A stretch of DNA of 64,000 nucleotides from an uncultured Candidatus Saccharibacteria bacterium (GTDB lineage Bacteria; Patescibacteriota; Minisyncoccia; Minisyncoccales; RBG-13-42-11): positions 24,597 to 88,596 of the forward strand of contig CAYZSL010000002.1 in NCBI GenBank assembly GCA_964481125.1, read 5' to 3'. Shown here piece by piece: positions 17,977-27,216 of the stretch. Every line of letters starts with the position of its first letter. Within the stretch, counting starts at the first letter, position 1. Both the position numbers and the translations under genes were made by a program. The notes under the pieces are model-generated. The model was not told where the DNA came from, searched no databases, and saw only the letters and a list, made by a program, of their open reading frames with translations.

Positions 17977-18049
17977 TAGCTCCCCCCTATTGGATACGTT
18001 CAGAACTTTAGATTGGGTAAACATAAGGGAAAAGATGAGGGAATTGAGG
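17977..18049. repeat. direct repeat copy 2 (box-2 e)
   Basis: TTAGCTCCCCCCTATTGGATACGTTCAGAACTTTAGATTGGGTAAACATAAGGGAAAAGATGAGGGAATTGAGG. Confidence 0.7.
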
Positions 18050-18171
18050 TTTGCGTAAAGGAAAAGAGCTCAACTGGCGTTGGCTCTTTCTCTTCAATTA
18101 CCTTAGGTCGCTGAGGGCAACCTGATTAGCCAAGAAGCGACTAATCTGTTTAGGATTTTTAACCTAAGTTT

Positions 18172-18426
18172 TTATGCAAACATTGGTCGATACCAGGCCT
18201 TTGGCACGTTTGCATCAATCCACTTGATGGCGACCTCTTTTAAGGTCAACCAAAATATGGAATATAGGGGGGCAGGATATTCATCTGCGGGTCTGTCCCA
18301 AGTAATCCTGTAACCTGGCGTTAATTCCTCAATCTTCGGAATTGCCATCTCCATAACCTCTTCTGCTTGATCTTCAAACATTCCTTTGTCAACCAGCATT
18401 TTTTTAAGCTTTTCTCTTGTTGTCAT
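18172..18426 (-). CDS. hypothetical protein (84 aa)
   Basis: RBS GAGGAAGGA upstream; hairpin terminator downstream (18050-18110). Confidence 0.45.
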   Translation of the reverse strand: MTTREKLKKMLVDKGMFEDQAEEVMEMAIPKIEELTPGYRITWDRPADEYPAPLYSIFWLTLKEVAIKWIDANVPKAWYRPMFA

Positions 18427-18511
18427 TATTTCCTTCCTCTCAGTCTGCTTAGCATTTTTCTAAATCAGCCTATAACAAAATAATACCACATAAATGTGGT
18501 TTTGTCAATAT

Positions 18512-18540
18512 TGGCTCCGGAGGTAGGATTCGAACCGCTA
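18512..18540 (-). other. tRNA 3'-end-like fragment (GGTTCGAATCCTACCTCCGGAGCCA) without a matching 5' half
   Basis: The reverse complement reads as T-loop + T-stem + acceptor 3' strand + discriminator + CCA, but no D-arm, anticodon arm or pairing acceptor 5' strand is present. It abuts the iorB stop codon. Confidence 0.35.
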
Positions 18541-19122
18541 ATTCTTTTTAGCTAATTCGAACGCTTTCAAGTTTAACTCCAAATATTTTTCCGGAATTAG
18601 CTTTTTAATAGCTTTTTGAATAGATAGCGGCTTTAAAGGTATTAAACCTTTAAAAGCGGCAAAGCTCATTAAATAAATCCCTGATACAACGCTGTTTCCC
18701 AGCTTTTCCTGGCAGATTTTTTCAGCTGGAATCAAATGAATGTTTTTGCTGATTTTTTTTAACTGATTCATAATTTCAGCTTCAGACAAAGGTTTTTTCA
18801 AAGGAATGGGAATGACAAACTTATTTATTAAAAAGTTTGTTTTCGGATTGGCAAAATATAGTCCGTTTAAAATCTCCTGCTCTTCCAATCCTAAAACCAG
18901 ATCTGCTTTACCTTGAGCAACCATAGGAGAATAAATTTTCTTGCCAAACCTGATATGCACTTCAACTGAACCGCCTCTCTGGGATAAGCCGTGAAGCTCG
19001 GAAGTCCTGACATTATAACCTTCAAACACAGCTGCTTCTGAAATTATCTGTAAAAGAGTAATCAAGCCCTGTCCTCCAGTGCCAACTATCATCATATTAA
19101 ATTGTTCTGCTTTTTTAATCAT
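18538..19122 (-). CDS. iorB: indolepyruvate/2-oxoacid:ferredoxin oxidoreductase subunit beta (gamma-type)
   Basis: 194 aa. MIVGTGGQG motif of POR/IOR gamma domains. 4-bp overlap with iorA. Confidence 0.7.
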   Translation of the reverse strand: MIKKAEQFNMMIVGTGGQGLITLLQIISEAAVFEGYNVRTSELHGLSQRGGSVEVHIRFGKKIYSPMVAQGKADLVLGLEEQEILNGLYFANPKTNFLINKFVIPIPLKKPLSEAEIMNQLKKISKNIHLIPAEKICQEKLGNSVVSGIYLMSFAAFKGLIPLKPLSIQKAIKKLIPEKYLELNLKAFELAKKN

Positions 19123-20738
19123 TTTTTAGGGACAACGAATTTACAAGGATGTTTAGAAACGATTACCGAAACCTCTTCTTTTACCAAAAACTCTTTTATC
19201 GTATCGATAAATTCCTTCTGGTTTACAGGATCAATGGTTTTAACATTTTTTACCCCGCAGGCCCTGACCAATTTCTCAATATTGATATCAGTCTCTGTGC
19301 CAACAGAAACAGGGTGCGGCTGATGGCCTGTCATGGCAGTGGTTTCATTATTCAAAATAATGATCAATGGGTTTGATTTGTTAAAAACAGTGTTTATCAA
19401 AGCCGGTATGCCAGAATGAAAGAAAGAAGAATCGCCGACAAAAGTAATCAGCTTTTGCGAGGTAGCTTTTTTAATTCCATGGGCAATACCGACCGAAGAA
19501 CCCATACAAGACAAATAATCCTGAAGATTGATCGGCGAATTGCCAAAAAGCATATAACAGCCTATCTCGCCCCCGAATACCACCTTATTCACATCAACCG
19601 CCTTTTTAATAGCTGAAACAACCAACCAGTAAGGACATCCAGGACAAAGCTGAGGAGAACGCCTTAAAGGTTTAAAATCTGATTTTCTCGATTTATATGA
19701 CTTACCGGTTATTTTCGCAATAGCTTCAGCCACATATTCCGGCTTCAATTCTCCAACCACCGGCAATACATTCTTTCCGAAAACCTCCAGTTTGCAGTTA
19801 GCTTGCTTAGCCAGTCTTTCAACTTCTTTTTCCAAATGCGATTCCAATTCTTCAACCACTAAAACCTTTTTAAGATTCTTAATAAATGATTTTATTCCTT
19901 TTTCCGCCAAAGGATAGGAAAAAGTAAGCTTCAAAACCGGCAAATCCAGCTTCATTTCGGTTAAAGCTTCCCTAACATATAGATAAGAAACACCAGAGGT
20001 AATAATACCTGTTTTTTGCTTTGCACCCTCTATTTTCAATAAACTTTCAGAAACACTTCTAATTTTTTCTATCTTTTCAAAAAGCTCTTTTTTCATTTCC
20101 AGAACTCTTGGCGGCAAAGTAACAAATCTTTTTACGTCTTTGACAAAAGTTCCCTTTTTAAAACCAGAAGACTTAAAAGCAGACATTCTAACTGGCATTT
20201 TCTGATGAGCCACTCTGGTAGTTGTTCTGATCATGACCGGAATATTGAATTTCTCTGACATTTTAAAGCCCAGTTTTACGAAATCCAAACACTCTTGCGG
20301 GTCTGAGGGCTCCAAAATCGGTATATGGACAATATTATCCATGGGCCTGGTATTCTCTTCTGACTGGGCTGAACTGTGACAAGAAGGATCATCTGCCACG
20401 ATAATAACTGTCGGACCTTTAGCTCCTGTATAAACAAAAGGAATTAAAGCATCCAAACAAACGTTCAAGCCGAAATTCTTCATGGCTACCAATGTTTTTA
20501 AACCGGAAAAACTGGCGCCAACGCCAGCTTCCAAAGCCACTTTTTCATTAGTCGAAAATTCAAAATAAACGCCAGCATCTTTGGCAATTTTAAAAAAAGT
20601 GTTGCCTATTTCAGAAGCCGGAGTACCAGGATAAGTTGAAACAAAATTGACGCCTGCTTCCAGGGCGCCTCGAACAATTGCTTCATTACCCAATAAGATA
20701 ATTTTCTTCCCGCCTTCTTTTGAAAGGAGTTTATCCAT
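19119..20738 (-). CDS. iorA: indolepyruvate:ferredoxin oxidoreductase subunit alpha (TPP-binding, 4Fe-4S)
   Basis: 539 aa. TPP-binding GDSSFFHSG motif and Cys cluster CPGCPYW. Confidence 0.75.
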   Translation of the reverse strand: MDKLLSKEGGKKIILLGNEAIVRGALEAGVNFVSTYPGTPASEIGNTFFKIAKDAGVYFEFSTNEKVALEAGVGASFSGLKTLVAMKNFGLNVCLDALIPFVYTGAKGPTVIIVADDPSCHSSAQSEENTRPMDNIVHIPILEPSDPQECLDFVKLGFKMSEKFNIPVMIRTTTRVAHQKMPVRMSAFKSSGFKKGTFVKDVKRFVTLPPRVLEMKKELFEKIEKIRSVSESLLKIEGAKQKTGIITSGVSYLYVREALTEMKLDLPVLKLTFSYPLAEKGIKSFIKNLKKVLVVEELESHLEKEVERLAKQANCKLEVFGKNVLPVVGELKPEYVAEAIAKITGKSYKSRKSDFKPLRRSPQLCPGCPYWLVVSAIKKAVDVNKVVFGGEIGCYMLFGNSPINLQDYLSCMGSSVGIAHGIKKATSQKLITFVGDSSFFHSGIPALINTVFNKSNPLIIILNNETTAMTGHQPHPVSVGTETDINIEKLVRACGVKNVKTIDPVNQKEFIDTIKEFLVKEEVSVIVSKHPCKFVVPKK

Positions 20739-20767
20739 ATAGAATTATTATACAAAATATCACCTGA

Positions 20768-22588
20768 CTATTCCACTGTCACGGACTTTGCCAGGTTTCT
20801 CGGCTTATCAACGTCGTTACCAAGAGCAACAGACATATAATAAGCAAAAAGGTGCAGAGGAATCACCGATAAAATCGGCGTCAGCATTTCCAAGGTTTTC
20901 GGAATGTAAATGACGTCATCAACCAGCTTTTTAATATCTTCGTTGCCTTCGGTAGCTATGGCTAAAACCGGTCCTTTTCTCGCTTTAATCTCCTGGATAT
21001 TGGATACCATTTTGTCATAAACCGAATCTGAGGGACAAATGGCAACAGTCGGAAAATCCTCTTCTATTAAAGCCAGAGCTCCATGCTTTAATTCTCCGGC
21101 AGGAATGCCCTCGGCATGCAAATAAGAAGTTTCTTTCAATTTCAAAGCGCCTTCCAAAGCAACGGGATAATTGTATTTTCTGCCCATAAACCAAAAGTTT
21201 TTGAAATCTTTATACTTTTGGGCCAATTTCTCAATTTCAGAACTTTGGCTTAAAACCCTTCTGGCAAGATCAGGCAATTTTGAAAGTTCAGAAACAATTC
21301 TTTTGCCGGTTACCAAAGACATGTCCCTTTGCCTTCCCAAATAAACGGTAATCATGGCCAAAGTAGATAATTGTCCCAAAAACGCTTTTGTCGAGGCGAC
21401 AGCCACTTCCTGTCCTGACCTTGTATAAATACCAGCTGCTGTTTCCCTGGATTGGCTGGAGCCGACAACATTCGTAATCCCCAAAGTCAAAGCTCCTTTC
21501 TCTTTCATTTCTTTTATGGCAGCTAGAGTATCTGCTGTTTCGCCTGATTGGGAAACAAATATGCCGGCTGTGTTTTTGTCGATAATAGGCTTTCTGTAGC
21601 GGAATTCCGATCCCAAATCAACTTCTGCGGGTAAATTAGCATACTCTTCCAACATATATTCGCCAACTCTGGCTGCATAAGAAGCTGTACCACAAGCTAT
21701 TAGAAACACTTTTTTAATTTCCCTTAATTTATGTTCCGAGGAAGCCAATCCCCCAAGCTTTACGTTACCTTCATCCAACAAAAGTCTTCCCCTGATAGCA
21801 TTCTCAATAGCTTCCGGCTCATCCATGATTTCTTTCAGCATAAAGTGAGGGTAGATGCCTTTTTGAGCTTCCTCCGGTGTCCAATCAATCTGAACAAATG
21901 CTTTTTCTTTTAAAATATGGAAATTATCCATTTTTAAAACGGCAATTTCATTGTCGTCTAAATTAATGACTTGTCTGGTATGAGTAATGACAGCTGAAGG
22001 GTCAGAAGCAATCAAGATTCCGTCCTGATTAACGCCCAAAATCAGAGGAGAAGAAAGACGGGCAGCAACTATTTTGCCGGGATCTTTTTTGGCAATAACA
22101 ACCAGTCCGTAAGTGCCTCTTACTTCTCTTAAAGCCTTTCTAACTGCCTCCTCAAGATTCCCATCAAAATATTTTTCAATTAAATGAGATAAAACTTCAG
22201 TATCGGTTTCAGAACTAAATTTATGGCCTTCTTTAATCAACTTTTCCTTTAATTCCCGGTAATTCTCAATAATGCCGTTGTGAATTGAAAAAATCTCTTT
22301 TTTGCAATCCCAGTGCGGATGAGCGTTTTCATCTGTCACTCCGCCGTGAGTCGCCCAGCGAGTATGTAAGATAAAAGGATTGCCTTTTAATTCCAGATTG
22401 CTTTCTGCTATTAATTTTTCCAAATCGTCTATCCTGCCTGCTTTTTTCAAACAAAAAATCTCCTTTTTTTCAGGACTGTACCAGGCAACGCCTGCTGAAT
22501 CATAACCGCGATACTCTAATCTTCTTAAAACATCCAATCCTACCCTAACATCTTGATTTTTGCCGATGTAACCGACAATACCGCACAT
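20768..22588 (-). CDS. glmS: glutamine--fructose-6-phosphate aminotransferase
   Basis: 606 aa. N-terminal MCGIVGY (Ntn Cys) followed by two SIS domains. Confidence 0.9.
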   Translation of the reverse strand: MCGIVGYIGKNQDVRVGLDVLRRLEYRGYDSAGVAWYSPEKKEIFCLKKAGRIDDLEKLIAESNLELKGNPFILHTRWATHGGVTDENAHPHWDCKKEIFSIHNGIIENYRELKEKLIKEGHKFSSETDTEVLSHLIEKYFDGNLEEAVRKALREVRGTYGLVVIAKKDPGKIVAARLSSPLILGVNQDGILIASDPSAVITHTRQVINLDDNEIAVLKMDNFHILKEKAFVQIDWTPEEAQKGIYPHFMLKEIMDEPEAIENAIRGRLLLDEGNVKLGGLASSEHKLREIKKVFLIACGTASYAARVGEYMLEEYANLPAEVDLGSEFRYRKPIIDKNTAGIFVSQSGETADTLAAIKEMKEKGALTLGITNVVGSSQSRETAAGIYTRSGQEVAVASTKAFLGQLSTLAMITVYLGRQRDMSLVTGKRIVSELSKLPDLARRVLSQSSEIEKLAQKYKDFKNFWFMGRKYNYPVALEGALKLKETSYLHAEGIPAGELKHGALALIEEDFPTVAICPSDSVYDKMVSNIQEIKARKGPVLAIATEGNEDIKKLVDDVIYIPKTLEMLTPILSVIPLHLFAYYMSVALGNDVDKPRNLAKSVTVE

Positions 22589-22592
22589 AAAT

Positions 22593-24992
22593 TTAGATTA
22601 CGATATTTATTAATCTTCCGGGAACAAAAATTACCTTTTTAATTTCTTTATTCTGTATCCATTTTTTAACATTTTGACTGGAAATTGCAAGTTCTTTGGC
22701 TTTTTCTTCGGAAATATCAATTTCAACTTCGATTTTGTCCCTGACCCTGCCGTTAACCTGAATAACCAAGGTTATCATATCGTCTTTAATCAGTTTCTTG
22801 TCGTATTTCGGCCAAGATTGCTTATGGATCGAATCCTTATTCCCTAACTGCCTCCAAAGCTCTTCAGTAATATGCGGCGCAAAAGGAGCTAAAATGATCA
22901 AGAATAAAGAATAATAAGAAAGAGAAATCTTTTCTTCTTTTTCAAAACGATTGGCCAATATCATTAAAGCTGAAACTGCTGTATTGAATTTAAAATCCTC
23001 CAAATCCTCATTTATTTTTTTAATTGTTTTATGAACCAGCTTCTCCAATTCTTGGTTTTTAATTCCTTTTTCCTGATTCACTTTAAAACTTAATTTCCAT
23101 ACCTTATCTAAAAACCTATAACAACCTTTCAACCCATTAATATTCCAATTAATCGCCTGATCAAAAGGGCCCATAAACATTTCATAAAGTCTCAAGCTGT
23201 CAGCGCCAAAAGTTTTTACAATGTCATCGGGATTAATGACATTACCGAAAGACTTTGACATTTTTCTGCTGTCTTCAGCCAAGACTATGCCGTGCGAAGT
23301 CCTTCTTTTGTACGGTTCTGACCCTGGAACAACGCCGATATCATAAAGGAACTTGTACCAAAAACGGGAATACAGCAAATGCAAAGTAGTATGTTCAAAC
23401 CCTCCATTGTACCAGTCAACCGGCAACCAATGTTTTAATTTCTTTTTATCAGCTATTTTTTTATCATTTCCAGGATCAGTATAACGAATGTAATACCAAT
23501 TAGAGCCTGCCCAGTTGGGCATAGTATCTGTTTCTCTTTTGGCGGACCCTTTGCATTTCGGGCATTTTACATTAACCCACTCTTCAATTTTGGATAAAGG
23601 TGATTCTCCTGTTCCTGTTGGCTGGTATTTTTCAACATATGGGAGTTCAATCGGCAATTCCTTTTCTGAGACAGAAACTGCTCCGCATTTTTCACAATGG
23701 ATAATCGGAATCGGCTCTCCCCAGTAATGCTGCCTGGAAAAAACCCAATCACGTAGTTTGTACTGAATTGTTTTTTTGCCGAGTTTTTTCTTTTCCAGCC
23801 ATTCGGTTATTTTCTTGATTGCTTGTTCAGATGTTAATCCATTAAATTCTTCAGAATTAACTAAAACTCCGTAACCAACAAAGGCTTCTTTAGAAATATC
23901 GCCCCCTGAAATGACTTCCCTGATTTCCAATCCATATTTCTTGGCAAAATCGTAATCGCGGTAATCGTGTGCTGGCACCGTCATAACCGCTCCTCCGCCG
24001 TAAGCAGCTACTATATAATCACCGATCCAGACAGGCACCTTCTCGCTATTAATCGGATTCAAACAAAAGGAACCGGTAAAAACGCCTGTTTTTTCTTTTT
24101 CCAATTCTGTTCTTTCGAATTCGCTTTTCTTTTTTGATTCTTCAATATACTTTGCAACTTCCTCTCTGCGTTCTTCTTTCGTTATCTTTTGGATTAAGGG
24201 ATGCTCTGGAGCCAAAACAACTGCCGTTACCCCGAAAATAGTATCTATCCTAGTGGTAAAAACTTTTATTGATTCCTGAGAATCAACCAGTTTAAAATCA
24301 ACTTCAGCCCCGTAACTCTTGCCAATCCAGTTAATCTGCTGGGTTTTGATTTTTTCAAGGTAATCAACCTTGTCCAAATCTTCAATCAATCGATCGGCAT
24401 ATTTTGTTATTTTCAATAACCATTGTTTTATCGTTTTTTGTTCGGTTTGGGCATCGCAACGCTCGCACTTGCCGTCCACCACTTCCTCGTGAGCCAAACC
24501 GATCCTACAAGAGGGACACCAATTAATAGGAATTTCTGCTTGATAGGCCAATCCCTTTTTGAATAGTTGTAAAAATATCCACTGAGTCCATTTATAATAC
24601 TTTGGGTCAGTAGTATTTATTTCCCGGCTCCAATCAAAAGAAAGACCCAAAGATTTCAACTGTCTCTTGAAATTAGCGATATTTTTCTCAGTAGCCACTT
24701 GCGGATGAACGCCTGTTTTTATGGCATAGTTTTCAGTCGGCAAACCAAAAGCGTCCCAGCCAATGGGATATAAAACATTAAAGCCCTCCATTCTTTTTTT
24801 TCTAGCTACTGCATCTAATGCAGAATAGCTGCGGCAGTGGCCGACATGAAGACCATCCCCCGAAGGATAAGGAAATTCAATAAGAATGTATTGTTTCGGC
24901 TTTTTCGAAGAATCTTCAGCCTTGTAAAAGCCGTTTTTCTCCCAATATTCCTGCCATTTTTTCTCAATTTTCTGCGGATTATATGATTCCAT
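22593..24992 (-). CDS. leuS: leucyl-tRNA synthetase
   Basis: 799 aa. HIGH-type motif LHVGHCRSY and KMSKS (RKMSKSFGN). Confidence 0.9.
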   Translation of the reverse strand: MESYNPQKIEKKWQEYWEKNGFYKAEDSSKKPKQYILIEFPYPSGDGLHVGHCRSYSALDAVARKKRMEGFNVLYPIGWDAFGLPTENYAIKTGVHPQVATEKNIANFKRQLKSLGLSFDWSREINTTDPKYYKWTQWIFLQLFKKGLAYQAEIPINWCPSCRIGLAHEEVVDGKCERCDAQTEQKTIKQWLLKITKYADRLIEDLDKVDYLEKIKTQQINWIGKSYGAEVDFKLVDSQESIKVFTTRIDTIFGVTAVVLAPEHPLIQKITKEERREEVAKYIEESKKKSEFERTELEKEKTGVFTGSFCLNPINSEKVPVWIGDYIVAAYGGGAVMTVPAHDYRDYDFAKKYGLEIREVISGGDISKEAFVGYGVLVNSEEFNGLTSEQAIKKITEWLEKKKLGKKTIQYKLRDWVFSRQHYWGEPIPIIHCEKCGAVSVSEKELPIELPYVEKYQPTGTGESPLSKIEEWVNVKCPKCKGSAKRETDTMPNWAGSNWYYIRYTDPGNDKKIADKKKLKHWLPVDWYNGGFEHTTLHLLYSRFWYKFLYDIGVVPGSEPYKRRTSHGIVLAEDSRKMSKSFGNVINPDDIVKTFGADSLRLYEMFMGPFDQAINWNINGLKGCYRFLDKVWKLSFKVNQEKGIKNQELEKLVHKTIKKINEDLEDFKFNTAVSALMILANRFEKEEKISLSYYSLFLIILAPFAPHITEELWRQLGNKDSIHKQSWPKYDKKLIKDDMITLVIQVNGRVRDKIEVEIDISEEKAKELAISSQNVKKWIQNKEIKKVIFVPGRLINIVI

Positions 24993-24994
24993 TG

Positions 24995-25816
24995 TTAAAT
25001 ATTGAATAATTTCTTAGCATTTTCAGTAGTTGCTTCCAATATTTCTTCATAGCTCAATTTCCTGATTTTAGCAATTCTTTCAGCAACGTATTTTACATAT
25101 ATTGGCTCATTGCGGCCGGTCATGGGAAACGGCGTCAAATAGGGACAATCTGTCTCAATCAAAACCTTATCAAGTGGAATTTTCTCAATAACTTCGTCCA
25201 AATTCAACTTAAAAATTATTCCGTTAAATCCGAGATAAAATCCCATATCAAGATATTTTTCAGCTTGCTGCCAATCCCCAGAAAAGCAATGAATAGCTCC
25301 CTGTAATTTACCGTCGTATCGCCCAAGTATTTCAATAAGTTCATCATGCGCCATGCGGCAATGGAAAATTATAGGAAGATTCAATTCTTTAGCCAAATCA
25401 ATTTCTTTTAAAAACGTTTCTCTCTGTTTTTCTTTAAATACTTCCAGCTTTGTTTTGGTCTTCGGCCGGTAATAATAATCAAGGCCTATTTCGCCGATAG
25501 CCACTACTTTTTTTGATTCAGCTAAAGTTTTATATTTTAAATAATCAAAATCTTCATTTTTTGTCTGAAAAGCTATTTCTTCCGTATCTAGCTTTGTCTT
25601 AAAGATTCCTTCAGCTAAATGAATCGGATGAAGACCAACAGCGACATATACGCCTTGTTCATGCTTTTCAGCCATTCCAACCGCTCTTTTTGACGTTTCG
25701 TAAGTGGAACCGACGTTTATTATCCAAACATCGTTATCTAAAGACCGACGAATTACTTCGTCGGCATCATCTTTATAGGCATTAAAATTCAAGTGAGCGT
25801 GGGTATCAATTAGCAT
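24995..25816 (-). CDS. tatD: TatD family metal-dependent deoxyribonuclease
   Basis: 273 aa. Begins MLIDTHAHLNF; TIM-barrel hydrolase motifs. Confidence 0.85.
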   Translation of the reverse strand: MLIDTHAHLNFNAYKDDADEVIRRSLDNDVWIINVGSTYETSKRAVGMAEKHEQGVYVAVGLHPIHLAEGIFKTKLDTEEIAFQTKNEDFDYLKYKTLAESKKVVAIGEIGLDYYYRPKTKTKLEVFKEKQRETFLKEIDLAKELNLPIIFHCRMAHDELIEILGRYDGKLQGAIHCFSGDWQQAEKYLDMGFYLGFNGIIFKLNLDEVIEKIPLDKVLIETDCPYLTPFPMTGRNEPIYVKYVAERIAKIRKLSYEEILEATTENAKKLFNI

Positions 25817-27216
25817 TATATTCTCGGAAATAAAGGTATGCTTTTTTCACTTTTTAAATGCTCAAGTATCTTTTCAGAGGTTTCTGGCAAAAATGGTTTT
25901 AACAAAGAAGCGATCTCTTTAATAGCAAACAATAAATTGTTTAATATTGTGTTTTGGTTATCAGATTGCTCCCAAGGCCTTTCTTTTTCAATATATTTGT
26001 CGCAAAAACTGATTAATTCCCAAATAACGGCCAAAGCTTCATTAAATTTGAATTCGTCTAACGCTTTCTTATATTCTTTTTTGCTTTTATCGATTGCTTT
26101 CTGGAAGCTTTTATCTGAAAGCTTGTCGGGAACAGATAATTTCAGGCTTTGTGCGATTTTAACCACTCTGGCCACCAAATTCCCTATGCCGCTGGCCAAA
26201 TCCGAATTATATCTCTGTTCAAACTTATCATATGTAAAATCGCCGTCCTCGGTTGAGGGAATCTCGCGCAAAAGAAAATATCTGACAGCATCCACACCAT
26301 ATTTTCCGACTAATTCAAAAGGACCAATCACATTCCCCAGGCTTTTTGACATTTTTTTTCCGTCAGCAGTAATAAAGCCGTGGACGAATATATTCTTCGG
26401 CCTTTCCAAGCCGACAGCTAAAAGCATGGCTGGCCACATTAAAGCGTGGAAACGGAATATATCCTTGCCAAGACAGTGGACATCAGCTGGCCAATATCGA
26501 TGAGGAAAAAGATAATTAAGCAAAGCCTCAAACCAAACATATATTATTTGGTCGGGATCATCGGGCACTGGTATTCCCCATTTTGAACTCTCTTTTGACC
26601 GGGAAACGCTGATATCTTCTATCCCCTGGTTGATAAAACTTAAAATTTCATTCTTTCTGCTTTCCGGAATAATTTTAATTTTATCTTTCTCTATCTCTTT
26701 TTTCACTAAAGAAGCATATTTTGAAAGCTTGAAAAAATAATTCTCTTCCTCAACCGATTCCGGCTTATTATCGTGATTGGGGCATTTGCCGTTTATTAAA
26801 TCCTTTTCTTTAACAAAGGCTTCGCAACCAACGCAATAAAGCCCCTTGTATTTCTTTTTATAAATATCTCCTTTTTTAACCAGTTTATTCCAAAACTTTT
26901 CAACTGTCGGCCAGTGCCTTTTCCTGTCAGTCGTCCTAATGAAATCATTGTTAGAAATATTTAAAACTTTTGTTAAAGCCCTATATCTCTCAGAAATTTC
27001 ATCAACAAAAACAATTGGCGCTTTCCCTTGTTCTTCTGCTTTCCTTTCAATTTTTAACCCGTGTTCGTCCGTGCCAGTCAAAAAGAAAACATTCTTTCCC
27101 AAAATCTTCTGATGGCGGGCCAGTACGTCTGCCTGAACCAATTCCAAAACAAAACCGATATGCGGCAAAGCATTTGTGTAGGCAATGCTAGTTGTTATAT
27201 AAAACTTATTTTTCAT
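25816..27216 (-). CDS. metG: methionyl-tRNA synthetase (short form)
   Basis: PHIGF motif and KKMSKSLGN. Start trimmed to MKNKFYITT so it does not overlap rsmI; the ORF as given extends to 27237. Confidence 0.85.
   Translation of the reverse strand: MKNKFYITTSIAYTNALPHIGFVLELVQADVLARHQKILGKNVFFLTGTDEHGLKIERKAEEQGKAPIVFVDEISERYRALTKVLNISNNDFIRTTDRKRHWPTVEKFWNKLVKKGDIYKKKYKGLYCVGCEAFVKEKDLINGKCPNHDNKPESVEEENYFFKLSKYASLVKKEIEKDKIKIIPESRKNEILSFINQGIEDISVSRSKESSKWGIPVPDDPDQIIYVWFEALLNYLFPHRYWPADVHCLGKDIFRFHALMWPAMLLAVGLERPKNIFVHGFITADGKKMSKSLGNVIGPFELVGKYGVDAVRYFLLREIPSTEDGDFTYDKFEQRYNSDLASGIGNLVARVVKIAQSLKLSVPDKLSDKSFQKAIDKSKKEYKKALDEFKFNEALAVIWELISFCDKYIEKERPWEQSDNQNTILNNLLFAIKEIASLLKPFLPETSEKILEHLKSEKSIPLFPRI

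Noticed and set aside
12992-18049. CRISPR array or integron attC sites as an explanation for the repeated GTTAGAAC boxes
   Set aside because: The conserved unit is only about 17 bp, spacing is irregular (45-2500 bp), and copies are direct rather than the inverted R''/R' arrangement of attC. No cas or integrase (tyrosine recombinase) gene is present in the window.
25838-26503. 221-aa plus-strand ORF and other long antisense ORFs (for example 50..253, 3503..3940, 35786..36130, 44689..45006, 60113..60592)
   Set aside because: They lie entirely antisense within well-supported conserved genes, have low-complexity composition, and lack RBSs. Judged spurious.
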